Source: Chiloscyllium plagiosum (taxonomy: Eukaryota). Taken from it: 60,585 bases of DNA. The notes beneath the pieces were generated by a model, which was not told where the DNA came from, did not search any database, and saw only the letters and a list, made by a program, of their open reading frames with translations. Of this stretch, positions 1 through 13,519 are shown piece by piece (the first letter of the stretch is position 1; the number at the start of each line of letters is the position of its first letter). The translations under genes were made by a program, and so were the position numbers. The DNA is taken from assembly GCF_004010195.1 (NCBI RefSeq), contig NC_057721.1, positions 44,781,240 through 44,841,824 of the forward strand, in the 5' to 3' direction.

Positions 1-2330
1 ACCAACAAAAGAATTCTAAAAAGATGCTAAACATGGAGAAAATAGACTTTGAGGGGAAACTTGCAGCTAGACAAATAGCAAAAGGTTTATTAAATGTATA
101 TAAAGTAATCGAAAAGTCAAAGTGAACATTGGCCCCTTTGAGACTGAAGCTGTGAAAATAATAATCTTTGAATTCCTACAGTGTGGAGGCACGCCATTCA
201 GCTCATTGAGTCCACCCCCACCCTCCAAATACCAACTCATCCAGACCCAGCCCATCCCTCTAACGCTGCATTTTCCATGGCTAATCCATCTAATCTATAC
301 ATCCCTGAACACGATGGCCAATTTAGCATGGCCAATCAACCTAACATGCATATCATTGGACTTGGGGAGGAAATCAGTGCACCCAGAAGAAACCCAAGCA
401 GGCACAAGGAGAATGTGCAGACTCCACACAGACAGTTGTCTGAAGGTGGAACCAAACCTGGGTCCTCGACACTATGAGGCAGCAGTGCTAACCACAGAGC
501 CATCGTGGGGCCCAAAGGGGAATAAGAAATTGACACAGGACTTGAGTTAACACTTTGAATCAATCTTCAAATTGGAAGACACTATTTGTTTTCCAAAATT
601 ATTAAATATTCAAGGGGCAAAACGAAGAGAGGAAATAAATATAATAATTATTACTAAAGAACTAAAGTGTGATAAATCCCCAGAAACAGATGGGATGCAT
701 CCTAAGATAGTAAAGGAAAGAGCTATAGAGGTAGGGGATGCACTGGTCATAATCTTCCAGGAATTCTTAGATTCTTTAAAATCCCAGAGTACTGGAAAAC
801 TGCCAACATAACACTTTTATTTAAACAGGGAAGGTAGTTAGAAAAAAAGGCAGCTGGAGGCCAGTTAAATTCATGTCTGTTATTGGGGAAATGTGATGAA
901 GAATGTAATAAGAAAGTATTTATAAATATGTAACATCATCAAGCAGAGTCATCAGGGCTTCATGAGGGAAAATCCATTCCTGACAAATTTACTTGAATTG
1001 TTTGATGAGATAACAAGCCTGTTAGATAAAGGGGGAAGCAATGCATGTAATGTATTTAGATTTTCAGAAGAAGTTTGATAAAGTACCAAACATTTGGCTA
1101 CTTCATAAGAGCCCATGGTGTTGGAGGTAGTACATTAACATGGATACAAGGCTGAGAGTTGGCAGAAAGTGAAGTCATTTTCAAGGAGGCAACCTGTGAT
1201 TGGTGGTGTGCCACAAGGATCATTACTGCGGTCACAATTATTTACAATATTTAATAATGACTTGGATGAGGTAAGTGAATGTTTGATAGTCAAGTTTGTG
1301 CATGACACAAAAGAAAGTGGGAAGGAAGTGTTGTGGATACTTGTGGGTTTTAAGAAAGCATTTGAGAAGTGACAACACATTAGGCTACCTAATATGGTGT
1401 TCACGTAAGCATGTTTGTAATATACAGAGGACTGACTAATAGAAGACAAAAAATTGTGATAAGAAGGTCCTTAACTTGTAACTAGTGGAGTGCCATGGGA
1501 TTAGCGATGGAGCCACAGGTAATTACAAAATATATTAATAACTTGGATGAGAAGTGAATGCACTTTAGCCAAATTTGTGGATGACACAAAAATAAATGGA
1601 AAGACAAGTGGTGAGGATGAGACAAAAAGTCTACAGAGGGTTATGGACAGGCTAGGCCAAAGGGAAAAGTTGGCACATGGAAAATAAAGTGGAAAAATAT
1701 GAGGTTATGCACATTATCAGGAAGCTGAACATTATTCACATGTAAAAAGACTAAAAGCTACAGGACAGGGGAAAGAAAGGTCACTGGACACCAAACTCTG
1801 ATTTCTCTCCACAGGTGGTGCTAGACCTGCTGAGATGTCCCAGCAATTTCTGTTTTGTTTCAGATTTCCAGCATTCAGAGTTCTTTTTTTGTTGAGAAAT
1901 ATACTGGCACTGCAGGCAGTCTAGAGAAGGTTCACTGAACTGTTGCTGCTTATTAGCTTATGCTGCTAATTAGGCCAAGGCTGTACTTATTTGAATATAG
2001 AAGAATGCAAAGATGTAAGGTTCTTAGAGGACTTGACACAGGAGATGTGTTTTGCCTTGTGGAAGATCTACGACCAGAGGGAATAATCTCCGAATGGGGA
2101 GGGGGGCAGGGGGCCTTTCTCCTCTCAGAGAATCGTGAATCTGTGGAATTCTTTACTGCAGGGAGCTGTTGAGGTTGGGTTGTTAAAGATATTTAAAATG
2201 AGATGGACAGAATTTTAATCAGCATGGGAATCATAGGATGATGGGGAAAAGGTAGGAAAATGGAGTTGAGGGTTATTTGATCAGGTATGATCTCATTGAA
2301 TGATGCCACATGCCCTCATTGGGCTGAATG
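1..2330 (+). mobile_element. Degenerate CR1 LINE fragments (RT and 3' end) with nested SINE/PLE pieces
   Basis: Broken ORF2 motifs: DKSPETDGMHPKIVKE, GVPQGSLL, FVHDTK. Confidence 0.85.
170..512 (-). mobile_element. HE1-like V-SINE
   Basis: Reverse complement of the tRNA-like head (GTGGTTAGCACTGCTGCCTCA) and the V-domain (GGAGTCTGCACATTCTCC ... TTGGCCATGCTAAATTG). Confidence 0.85.
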
Positions 2331-3835
2331 GTCGATTTCAGCGCCAATGTTCCTTTGAATCGATTTCATATCGCTAGCCATTTTGTGCGATACCGACGTG
2401 GGAGAAACAAGTGCTAAGATAATGGACAGATGGCAGTGGGGTCTTCCGGCTGCTGAACTCACACAAGAACTTTTTTTTCCCCTTTCAATGAGAATGTAAA
2501 TGAAACAGCAAATGGTGGTAACAAGCAGCGACGCAGCATTGTTTCGGTTCCGCTTCTCTATCCGCAGGTGCGCAGTTGGTAAATCGCCCTTACTCTTGGT
2601 CACCGTCTAAGTAGGAATACATTTCACATCCTTTATGTTTCTGATCAACAACGCTTTTGGAATAAACTCTGCGCCTGCCATAGAGTGAGAATTCACTAAC
2701 GTTTATTTATCACACAAACCTTATCATAAATCCAATACTGAGCGACCCGTCGCGAAATTTAAAATTGGATTCGCACTTAGTCTGGTCGTTAAGACGCGGT
2801 CGTTATTTCTAACCTGTAAATGATACTTCTGCCCAGATACAAGTGACGGGAGGGAAAGTGGCCTTTCAATAGGAGATTACACCCAATTCTGGGCGGATTA
2901 CAGAGCAGTTTGTGTTCCGGTTAGGACAGACGTGGGAATCATTGTTTCGCGTTAAAATTGAATAAAATTGAGACACAATGTAAGTTATACTCAACGTTTC
3001 TTGCCGATAGGTTGTTTTAAAATAACGTTAAATGTGGATGAATATTAAAATGTTCTGCTAATTGATGATGAACAAGTCCTTCAAGCAGACCTTTTGAGAA
3101 TGAGTGTTAACGTTCTGGGTAGAGTACTTCCGATATCAAGAGCAAATTAGTGTTTATGAACTTCATTGTGATTGTAAGAAATGCGGTACAGTTATTTTAT
3201 AAATGAAAAATATTTCATAGCAGTGTATCGAAAGAATTTTAGAAACGACAGCATGTAACCAGGCTTATCAGCCCATGAACGCGTATTGCTATCTCTTAAA
3301 CTTTGGTTTGGCCGTGTTACGGCACCGCGAAGTGATCATCACATCCTTACAGGACGTAAACCTGGACCGTCTGGTCCACAGAGAGGGTCACTGCCTTGGC
3401 TCCACAAAGTATCTCTCATTTATGTTGGACAGGCACAGGAGCGTTAACCCGTGCATGACCTGTTCTTGTTGACCCCTGGTAATCTCAAAGTCTCCATCAT
3501 ACTCCGGATGTATAAACTCCTTGGTTTCCCACAATACAACAACTTCGGCTAGCCCAGTGCTTTGGGACAGAGAGTTTAGAATTCTGAAAGGAGCCGTACT
3601 TGCAAATCTTTGTTTTTAACAAACTCGATCAGGTCATTGCTCAAATACCTATTGCTGGAGAAATGAGCCCTACATTGCACTGTTTTCCAATCATTTGTGA
3701 GCAGTGGAGCCTAAGAATCTAGTGGGGGATGAGGGGCACGTGGTTTTACAGACAAAGGCATGGAACAGTTATTTTTAAAGGGATGTTATTGGTGCATTTA
3801 TTTTTCTGTCTGTCTCTTATTGCCCTTGAGAAGGT
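2204..3835 (+). repeat. Local duplication, copy 1 (candidate promoter and non-coding exon 1 of gene A)
   Basis: Colinear with about 6391-8270. The core is relatively CpG-rich, with GGGCGG, TTCCGG and a donor-like AT|GTAAGT at 2980. Confidence 0.85.
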
Positions 3836-3855
3836 TGTTTTGAATTTCCATATTG

Positions 3856-6380
3856 AACTAGGAGTATGATATTATTGCTATTACTGAGACTTTGTTGAGG
3901 GAAGGGCATGAATGGCAATTAAATATCCCAGGACATAGATACTTCAGGTGGAATAGAGAGGGGGGTAAAAGGGGTGGAGGAGTTGTATTACTGATCAGAG
4001 AGGATATCACAGCTGTGCTGAGATATGGAGGACTTGAGCAGTGAGGCAATATGGGCAGAGCTCAGACATAGGAAGGGTACAGTAACAATGTTGGAGCTAT
4101 ACGGCAGGCTTCCCAACAGCGAGCATGAGGTACAGGTACAAATATGTAAACAGATTATGGAAAGATGTAGGAGCAACAGGGTGGTGGTGATAGGAAATTT
4201 AAATTTTCCTAACATTGACTGGGATTTACTTAGTGTTAGAGGTCTAGATGGAGCAGAATTTGTAAGGAGCATCCTGGAGGGTTTTATAGAGCAGTATGTA
4301 AATAGTCCAACTCGGGAAGGGGCTACCTGGTGTTGGGGAATGAGCCCAGCCAGGTGGTTGAAGTTTCAGTCGGGATTACTTTGGGAATACTGATCACAAT
4401 TCTATAAATTTTAGGATACTTATGGACAAAAATGAGAAAATGACAAAAAGGAAGAGTGCTAAGTTGGGGGAAGGCCAACTATAACAAGATTCGGCAGGAG
4501 CTGGGGAATGTGGATTGGGAGCAGCTGTTTGAAGGGAAATCCACATTCGATATGTGGGAGACTTTTAAAGAGAGGTTGATTAGAGTGCAGGGTAGACATG
4601 TCCCTATGAAAATGAGGGATAGAAATGGCAAGATTAGGGAACCATGGATGACAGATGAAATTGTGAGACTAGCAAAGAGGAAAAAGAAAGCTTACATAAG
4701 GATGAGGCAACCTGAAAACAGACAAAGCTTTGGAAGAATATTGGGAAAGTAGAACCAATCTAAAATGAGGAATTAAGAGGACTAAAAGGGGTCATGAAAT
4801 ATCTTTTGCAAACAGAAGATACTGAAGGATAGGATCTATATACTTTTGAAAGAAAATGGGCTTATCAGTGATAGGTAGCATAGTTTTGTGCAGGGATGGT
4901 CATGTCTTACAAACTTAATAGGAAATGACAAAGTTGATTGATGAGGGAGGGCTGTAGATGTCATATACATGGACTTCAGTAAGTCATTTGATAAGGTTCC
5001 CTCTGGTAGGCTAATGGAGAAAGTGAAGTTGCATGGGGTCGAAGGTGTACTAGCTAGATGGATAGAGAACTGGCTGGACAACAGGAGGCAGATAGTAGAA
5101 GTGAAAGGGAATTTCTCAAAACGGAGAACTGAGACCAGGGGTATTCCACAGGGATCTGGGTTGGGACCAGTGTTGATTGTTATATACATAAATGACCTGG
5201 AGGAAGCCTAACATGAGGAACCTTATAAAATATCTTTCAAGAGGGAGCAGAGGGCATATGAGGTTGAGGAGATAGGGCTTTTCTCATTGGAATGAAGAAA
5301 AATGAGAGGTGATTTGATAGAGGTTTACAAGTGATGAGACGCAAAGATAGAGTGGATAGCCAGAGACTATTTCCCAGAGTGGAAATGGCTTTCAGGAGGG
5401 TGCAAAATTTTCAGTTTTGTGATTTTTGAGCAGATTTGTAGCTCAGGTTGAGGTTCAAGTTGTAAACTTGCTTGCTGAGCTGGAAAGTTTGTTTTCAGAT
5501 GTTTTGTTACCATGCTACATAACATCAACAGTGAGCCTCCGGTGAAGCACTGGTGCTCTGACTCACTTTCTATTTGTGTGTCTTGGTCTGTTCTGGTGGA
5601 TGATATCATTTCTGGTTCTTTTCCTCAGAGGTTGGTAAATGGGGTCCAAATCAATGTGTTTATTGATGGAGTTCCAGTTTGAATACCAGGCCTCTAGGAA
5701 TTCCCATGCGTGTCTTTGTTTAACCTGTCCAAGGATGGATGTACTGTCCCAATCAAAATGGTATCCTTCTTTGTCTATGTGTAAGGATACTAGTGATAGT
5801 TGGTCATGTCTTTTGGCATCTTGGTAGCCCACAAACCTACCAAAACACTGAAACAGCTATTAATGAACCTAAAGAACCCGTATCAACAGCCAGCAAAATG
5901 AATGTCATTTACAAAATACCCTGCAAGCATTGCAGCAAACACTACATCGGACAGATGGGCAGGAAACTAGCCACCAGGATACATAAACACCAACTAGCCA
6001 CCAAAAGACATGATTAAGTATCCATACACACAGACGAAGAAGGACACCACCAGAGCATGGTGACAATGTCTGAGAACAAATCTTCCAGCTCAGCGAGAAA
6101 ACTTACAAACATAATTTTAATGTGATTGTAGGAAGGTTTAGGTAAGATATCAGAGGTAGGTTCTTTACACAGAGAGTAGTGGGTGTTTGGAATGCACTGC
6201 CATCAGTGGTAGTAGAGTCAGATACATTGGGGACATTTAAGCAACTCTTGGATAGGCATATGAATGATAGTATAATTAAGGGTATGTAAGTTAGTTTGAT
6301 CTTCAAGTAAGATGAAAGGTCAGCATAACATTGAGAGCTGAAGGGCCTGCAGTGTGCTGTACTGTTCTCTGTTCTATATC
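3856..6380 (+). mobile_element. CR1 LINE (endonuclease, partial RT, 3' tail) interrupted by a Penelope-like insert
   Basis: GNLNFPNIDW, MDFSKSFDKVP and GIPQGSGLGP motifs; tail gtgctgtactgttctctgttcta. Confidence 0.9.
5420..6108. mobile_element. Penelope-like element remnant with an internal inversion (GIY-YIG endonuclease)
   Basis: The + strand gives NVIYKIPCKHCSKHYIGQMGRKLATRIHKH. The - strand gives the continuation KRHDQLSLVSLH...EFLEAW. The ends are inverted repeats of each other. Confidence 0.85.
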
Positions 6381-6709
6381 TAATGCTGATATGGACAGAA
6401 TTTTTAATCAAGAGGAAAGCATAGGATTATGGGGAAAAGGTGGGAAAATGGAATTGAGGGTTATCCGATCAGGTCTGAGCTCATTGAATGATGCCAAATG
6501 CCCTCAATGGGCTGAATGGTCTTTCACTTCTATGTCAACTGGTTTGTGGTATACAGTATTCATGAAATCCAACAAATTTGCTCCTTTGAATCGATTTTCT
6601 ATCATTTGACATTTTGTGCGATAACACAGTGGGAGAAACAAATGCTAAAGTAATGGACAGATGTGGAAAATCTGTTAACATTGGATTGAAGGAAATAATT
6701 GTAGGGAAT

Positions 6710-6867
6710 GGGGTTTTCCGGCATTCCTGAAAGGTTTTCAGGAACCTTTCTCCTTTCGATGTGTGTGTTCTAATTTGAGCAAAAACTCAAATACTAAGGA
6801 TGTTATAGTTTTGAAATAAAACAGCAAATGGTGGTAACAGGCTTAGCGCTTGTTTCGGTTTCGTTTC
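6710..6867 (+). promoter_or_regulatory. kB-site plus ISRE-like pair
   Basis: GGGGTTTTCC at 6710-19 fits GGGRNNYYCC. GTTTCGGTTTCGTTTC at 6852-67 fits the ISRE/IRF-E consensus. Confidence 0.45.
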
Positions 6868-6929
6868 TCTTTCTAGAAGTGCGCAGTTTCTAATTCCCTC
6901 TTGCACTTGGTCACCATCTATTTAAAAGT

Positions 6930-7100
6930 GCAAAATCACACGACACCAGGTTACAGTCCAGCGGGTTTATTTGAAAACACTAGTTTAAGGAACAGCGCTC
7001 CTAAAGCTAATGTTTTCAAATAAATCCGTTGGACTGTAATCTGGTGTAGTGTGATTTTTGACCTTGTCCGCCCCAGCCCAACACCGATACCTCCACATCA
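6930..7100. mobile_element. Fold-back PLE-terminal-repeat insertion, 11-bp TSD
   Basis: Hairpin AAAATCACACGACACCAGG...CTGGTGTAGTGTGATTTT. TATTTAAAAGT at 6919 and 7101. The insert is absent from duplicate copy 1. Confidence 0.8.
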
Positions 7101-8274
7101 TATTTAAAAGTAAGAATACATTTCACATCCTGTATGTATTTGATCACTAGCGCGCTTGGAATAAACACAGTGCCTGATATGCAGTAAGAACTCCCACACG
7201 TTTATTTATCACACAGACCTCACCATTACTCCAATTCTGAGCTGAACGTCGGGATCGTTATTTCTAACCTGTAAATGATACTTCTGCCCAGATACAAGTG
7301 ACGGGAGGGAAAGTGGCCTTTCAATAGGAGATTACACCCAATTCTGGGCGGATTACAGAGCAGTTTGTGTTCCGGTTAGGACAGACGTGGGAATCATTGT
7401 TTCGCGTTAAAATTGAATAAAATTGAGACATAATGTAAGTTATACTCAACGTTTCTTGCCGATAGGTTGTTTTAAAATAACGTTAAGTGTGGATGAATAT
7501 TAAAATGTTCTGCTAATTGATGATGAACAAGTCCTTCAAGCAGACCTTTTGAGAATGAGTGTTAACGTTCTGGGTAGAGTACTTCCGATATCAAGAGCAA
7601 ATTAGTGTTTATGAACTTCATTGTGATTGTAAGAAATGCGGTACAGTTATTTTATAAATGAAAAATATTTCATAGCAGTGTATCGAAGGAATTTTGGAAA
7701 CTACAATATGAAATCAGGCCAATTGGCCGAAATGCATGGTTCTATCTCTTAAACCTTCCTGTTGGGTGTGTTCGGACAGCCGAAAGTGGTCATCACATCC
7801 CATATGGGACTTTAACCTGGACCGTCTGGTGCAGAGATAGGGTCACTGCCTCTGCTCCACAAAACTCTCATATGGCCACATTGACATTGGACAGGCACAG
7901 AAGCTTGAATCCGTGTATGACCTGTTTTTGTTATATAACTCTTGGGTTTTCCACAATACAACAACTGCTTTTGGCTGTGTTCTTTGGGACAGAGAGTGTA
8001 TAATACTGAAAGTTGCCATACCCGCAAGTCTTTGTTTTTAACCAGCTCTATCAGGTCACTCCTCAACTCCTATCGCTAGAGAAATAGGCCCTATATTGCA
8101 CTCTTTTACAACAGGTTATGAATAGTGTGGCCTAAGAGTGGTGGTTAGGGATGGGCTGTGCATGTGATTCTGTAACAAGCAAAGGCAAGGAGCAGGTTTT
8201 TTTAAAAAAGGGGATATTTGATATTAGTGATACATTTTTTCTGACCAACTCTAATTGCCCTTGAGAAGGTACTG

Positions 8275-9310
8275 AAAGACTGGGAATAAATGAGTGCTCT
8301 TCCGGTTGGTAATCAGTAACTAGTGGTGTGCCTCAGGGTTCAGTGTCGGGATCACAATTATTCACAGTTTACATTGATGATTTGGTGTTGGGAACCACAT
8401 GTAGTGTGTCAAAGTTTGCAGAGGACACTAAGATGAGTGGTCGAGCAAAGTCGGCAGAGGACTGTGAAACGTTGTAGAGGGACATGATAGTTTAAGTGAG
8501 TGGGTAAAGGTCTGTCAGATGGAGTACAATATTAATAAATGTGAAGTTATCCATTTTGATAGGAATAATAGTAAAAAGGACTATTATTTGAATGGTAAAA
8601 GGTTACAGCACATTGCTGTGCAGAGGGACCTGGGTGTCCTTATACATGAACCACAGAAGGTTGGTCTGCAGGTGCAACAGGTAATTAAGAAGGCACGTGG
8701 AATTTTGCCCTTCACTGCTAAAGGGATTGAGTTTAAAATCAGAGAGCTGTACAGGGTGCTAGTGAGGCTACACCTGGAGGACTGTGTGCATTTTGGTCTC
8801 CTTACTTGAAAAAGGATATACTGTCACTGGAGGGGGTGCAGAGGAGGTTCACTAGGTTGATTCCGGAGTTGAGGGGGTTGGCTTCTGAGGAGGGACTGAG
8901 TAGACCAGGATTATATTCATTAGAATTTAGAAGAATGAGGAGGGATGTTATGGAAATGTATAAGATTATGAAGGGAATTTATAAGCTAGAAGTAGAGAGG
9001 ATGATTCCACTTGCGGGTGAAACTAGGTCAAGAGGGTATAGCCTCAAAATTTGGGGGAGCAGATTTCGGACATAATTGAGAAGGAACTTCTTCATCCAGA
9101 GAGTTGTGAATCTGTGGAATTCCCTGCCCAGTGAAGTAGTTGAGACTACCTCAGTAAATGCTTCTAAAGCTAAGATAATATTTTGACCAGTAAAGGAATT
9201 AGGGGTTATGGTGAGAGAGTAGGTAAGTGGAGCTGAGGCCACAATCTTATTGAATGGCAGAGCGGGCCCGAAGGGTCTGACAGCCTACTCCTACTCTGAA
9301 TTTGTATGCT
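8275..9310 (+). mobile_element. CR1 LINE, 3' part
   Basis: GVPQGSV, KFAEDTK, MEYNINKCEVIHF and LEGVQRRFTRLIP motifs. Confidence 0.9.
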
Positions 9311-9719
9311 CTTTTGAGCTTCCTTATTGAACTTATTGCTGTCCATATGGTGTGAGTACAGTCGTAATGCTGCTGGGAAATGACAGGACTGTTTCAGAAA
9401 GACATGGGATTTGAATACCTGTATTTGGATTCTCATAGCCAAAGAATATTTGATAATGCACTGTTCTCAAAGGGGGAGCTTGGGAACTTTTATCATTACT
9501 TATATCACTAGTTCTATCTTTGTACTTTCTGATATTGGACAGAATTCCAATGGACGTGTGTTATATCCTTTCTGCTGTTATGTTGTTTTGGTTTGTAATT
9601 TAGTGCTTGAGGCAGATGGTGGGTTGGTGAGTAATCTAGCGTCCTAAATAAATTCTTTTGTAAAGTGAATTCAAGTTCCACTATGCCAACTGGACAGTGT
9701 GAATTCAGTTAATAAATCT

Positions 9720-10150
9720 AGAATTGGGGGCTGATGTGGTGGAGTGGTAGTGTCGAGCCAAGATGCCTGGGTTTAGGTCTGACATGTGCCAGATGTGTAT
9801 CATAATATTTCTGGTCAGGTTGAATTAAAAATATCCAAGCCGAGAGTTGAAAGCTGGTCCCAGTAAAACTGACTGTTAAACTGCCATTGGTTTTCATCAT
9901 TGTGGGACTGCAGAAACACTGTCACTGCACAAATTGAGCACTTTGTATGTAACAAAATAAATTACCTGCATTCAAAAGTTTCACTGGTGTTTCTTTGCGG
10001 AATCTGGCCCCCATGTGACACCCAAGTTCACAATTTTTGGTTGACTTCTAACTGAAATAACCAAGCATGTTATTCAGTTCAAAGGCAATTAGGGATGGTC
10101 AACAAATCACTAGGCTTGCAATTGACATCCAGGTTCCATGAAGAATAAAA
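9720..10150 (+). mobile_element. Old SINE-like repeat (SacSINE1/Deu-type, tentative)
   Basis: Tail ggcaattagggatgg...ccatgaagaataaa is shared with the copies at 22560-22910 and 42240-42540. Confidence 0.5.
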
Positions 10151-10429
10151 GAAAAATAGTAATGCACAGTACTCCGTGACAGTTATTAGCTTCCTAATTT
10201 GTTGATGTTATCAACATCGGCCAGGATTGACTGCAACTGGTGTGATTTGATGATCTTAAGACTAGATTTAACACATTAGGTTTACTGGAAAATTTCACTC
10301 CCATACATTCCCTCATACACTCCTCTCTCTCACTCTGACCCACACTCTTCCTCTCATACGCTCCCTCTCATATTCCCCTTCAATGTGCTGTTGTCTCTCC
10401 CATACCTGTGGCCCCTCCCCCTGTATTCT

Positions 10430-13060
10430 GTTTTTTTGTGTAATTTAAAAAATATACTTTATTCATAAATAAGTCATTTTATATATACATTTTTACAAAT
10501 GCAATTCAGTTCTGTGCTGTAGCATGTCAAGTAAACAAACAACATTTGAGTTTGACTCAATCCCAACAAACCCAAAGGCATCTCTTAGACACCCAAGACT
10601 ACATTTTCTATACATTGACGCACTTCGAGGGTCTGATAACTGAACAAACTCCCATTTAGCAGGAGGTTCTCAGACAGTGGTCCTTCCCCACTGTGCCTTG
10701 GCAACAGCTGACCCAAGCTCTAGAATGTTCCTCAGTACGTAGTCCTGGCCCTTGGAATGTGTCAGTTTGCAACACTCTGGAGCGCAACTCCTTATTCTGG
10801 AAGCCATGATGTGGAGATGTTGGTGTTGGACTGGGGTGGACAAAGTTTAAAAATCACACAATACCAGGTTATATAGTCCAACAGGTTTATTCAGAAGCAT
10901 TAGCGTTTGGAGCAGCGCTATGAAGGCTAGTGCTTCCAAACAAACCTGTTGGACTATAACATAGTGTTGTGTGATATTTAACTTATTCTGGAAGACCACC
11001 AAGTTTTGGGCAGACCAAAGAATGTCCTTAACTGAGTTGATGGTCCTCCAAGCGGTGTCAATGTTTGTTTCAGTGTGCGACCCGGGGAATAGACAATAGA
11101 TTTCAGAGCTTTGTGTCACACAGCTGCTTGGGCTGAACCTTGAGAAAAAGCCACTGCATCTTTCTCCAGAACCTCTTATGCAAAGGCACATTCCAGCAGG
11201 AGATGTGTGACAGTCTCTATCCCCCTGCAACTGTTTGGAAGGCAGTGTGCAGTGGTGCACACCTGACATTGATGGTGGGCTATTGCAGGAGGGACAGGAT
11301 TTATGTATATTTGGAAAGGCAAGGACTGATTAGGGATAGTCAACATGGCATTGAGTATGAACTTCAGTAAGGCATTTGACAAGGTTCCTCATGGTAGACT
11401 GGTTTGCAAGGTTAGATCACATGGAATACAGAGAGAACTAGTCATTTGGATACAGAACTGGCAAGAAGGTAGATGATAGAGGGTGGTGGTGAGGATTGCT
11501 TTTCAGATTGGAGGCCTGTGACCAGGGAGTGACACAAGTATCAGGGCTGGCATTTAGATAAATGATTTGGATATAAACATCTAACATTTGCAGATGACAC
11601 CAAAATTGGAGGTGTAGTGGGCAGTGAAGAAGTTTTACCTCGGAGTATAATGGGATCTTGATCAGATGGGCCAATGGGCTGAGGAGTGGCAGATGGAGTT
11701 TAATTTAGATAAATTTGAGGTAGTGCATTTTGGAAAAGCAAATCAGGACAGGACTTATACACTTAATGATAAGGTCCTGGGGAGGGTTGCTGAATAAAGT
11801 GACCTTGGAGTGCATGGTCATAGTTCCTTGAAAGTAGAGTCGCAGGTGGTTAGAATAAGAAGGCGTTTGGTATGTTTTCCTTTATTGGTCAGAGCATTAA
11901 GTGTAGGAATTGGAATATCATGTTGTGGCTGTACAGTGTATTCGTTAGGTCAGTTTTGGAATATTGTGTGCAGTTCTGGTCTCCCTCCAATAGGAAGGTT
12001 GTTGTGAAACTTGAAAGGGTTTAGAGAAGACTTACAAGGATGCTGCCAGGGTAGGAGGGTTTGAGCTAGAGTGAGAGGCTGAATAGGCTAAGGTTATTTT
12101 CCCTGGAGCATCAGAGGTTGAGGAGTGACCTCAAGAGATTTATAAAATCATGAGGGGCATGAATAGGTTGAATAGCGAATGACTTTTACCTGGGATGAGG
12201 GAGTCCAGAACTAGAGGCCATAGGTTGAGGGTGAGAGGAGAAAGGTTTAAAAGGAACATAAGGGGCAACTTTTTTTATGCAGAGGGTGGTGCGTGTGTGG
12301 AATGAGCTGCCAGAGGAAGTGGTGGAGGCTTGGACAATTACAACATTTAAAAGGCATCTGGATTGAGAGTGTAAACCCAGAGTCCCCAAATGTTCCTCAT
12401 ATGTTAAGCTTTTCATTCCTGGGACCATTCTCACAAACCTTTGCAAACCTCAGTACGTAGTGTCACTTGGTATTTGCATACCGAGGGTTTATGCACAGTT
12501 TGATGCAGCTGCACACAAAGATGGCCATCAGGATGACGGTGGTGTTGGGTACATTCTTTCCACTTATCCAGAGTTTTGTACATGGTGTCCCTGTGGATAT
12601 GATCCATCTTACGTTTCCAGATGAAGTGGAAGATGACTGAAACTACAATTTTGGGGAATGGGCTAGACCTGTGCCACATACAATAACAGAGAGAGTGACT
12701 CACACCAAATGGCCAGGTTTCCATTTGCAATGGAGAGAGAGTGATGCTCCCAAAAGCCTAGTTTCTGCCTCACTTTGGTGTTATACTCCTCCCAAGAATT
12801 TGTGCATGCCCTCCCCCTCCAAGCAATGTTCCCAGCAGACAGTGAATGGGCTAAAGGATTGGTTCCCAAAGAACATGGCCTCGCTTTTTCCTCAATTTAC
12901 CATGGCTCCTGAGGCCAGTTGGAGCTCTTTGCCGATGCTCATCAGTCTGCACGCTGACAGTGAATCCAAGTGAACCTTTAATTGGCAGGCCTCTGCTGCT
13001 GCCTGGAATCGTGACCTCTCTCAGGCTCGCATTCTTCCTGATGGACTGCTCCACCTAACA
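10430..13060 (-). mobile_element. Tx1/L1-clade LINE remnant with nested CR1 (about 11300-12450) and a PLE hairpin (10804-10981)
   Basis: AWRTINSVKDILW, ETVTHLLLECAF, FHFIWKRKMD and KVRQKLGFW motifs. The hairpin is flanked by a 13-bp TSD CTTATTCTGGAAG at 10791 and 10982. Confidence 0.85.
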
Positions 13061-13397
13061 TACACTCCCTCACCCGTGCACTATGTCACATTGTCTCTCT
13101 GATTCATTCACATTGCCCCTTTCTGAAAACGCTTCCCATTTGGCTGCACCAGTTCTGTCTGCCACCTTTCTCTGCGTTACATCATCTTCTCAATTCGTTA
13201 TTGTTGTTCCCTTTTGAATTATTGACGAGAACTCCTATTTTAATACTGTAGACTGTTGTCCCTCTGATTTTATCCAAATCATTGATGTGTGGTTGCAGAA
13301 CTGTACCCTTTAGGATAATGTTGTCATCTGCAACCATGGTTCAAATTTAGTCAGTGCAAGTTCCTCCCTTCTAACCAGTTGTTAATTCTTTTTCAGG

Positions 13398-13446
13398 ATG
13401 CTGTCACTGTGCTGCCTCCTATTTTCTTTACTATTTCCTCAGTTTG
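13398..13446 (+). CDS. Gene A (B7-family IgSF), signal-peptide exon
   Basis: Acceptor ttctttttcAG|G at 13395-96. ATG at 13398 encodes MLSLCCLLFSLLFPQF, a hydrophobic leader. Phase-1 donor G|GTAAGT at 13447. The upstream acceptor implies a non-coding exon further 5'. Confidence 0.8.
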
Positions 13447-13519
13447 GTAAGTTTTTTTTATTTCTTTTAATGCACATGAATGAATCTAAATGAAAATGCA
13501 AATATGAATGACTAATATT

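Larger units (their letters stand above)
6391..8270 (+). repeat. Local duplication, copy 2 (candidate promoter and non-coding exon 1 of gene A)
   Basis: 7255-7687 matches 2800-3232 with 2 mismatches by eye, while the flanks are clearly more diverged. Donor-like GTAAGT at 7435. Confidence 0.85.
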
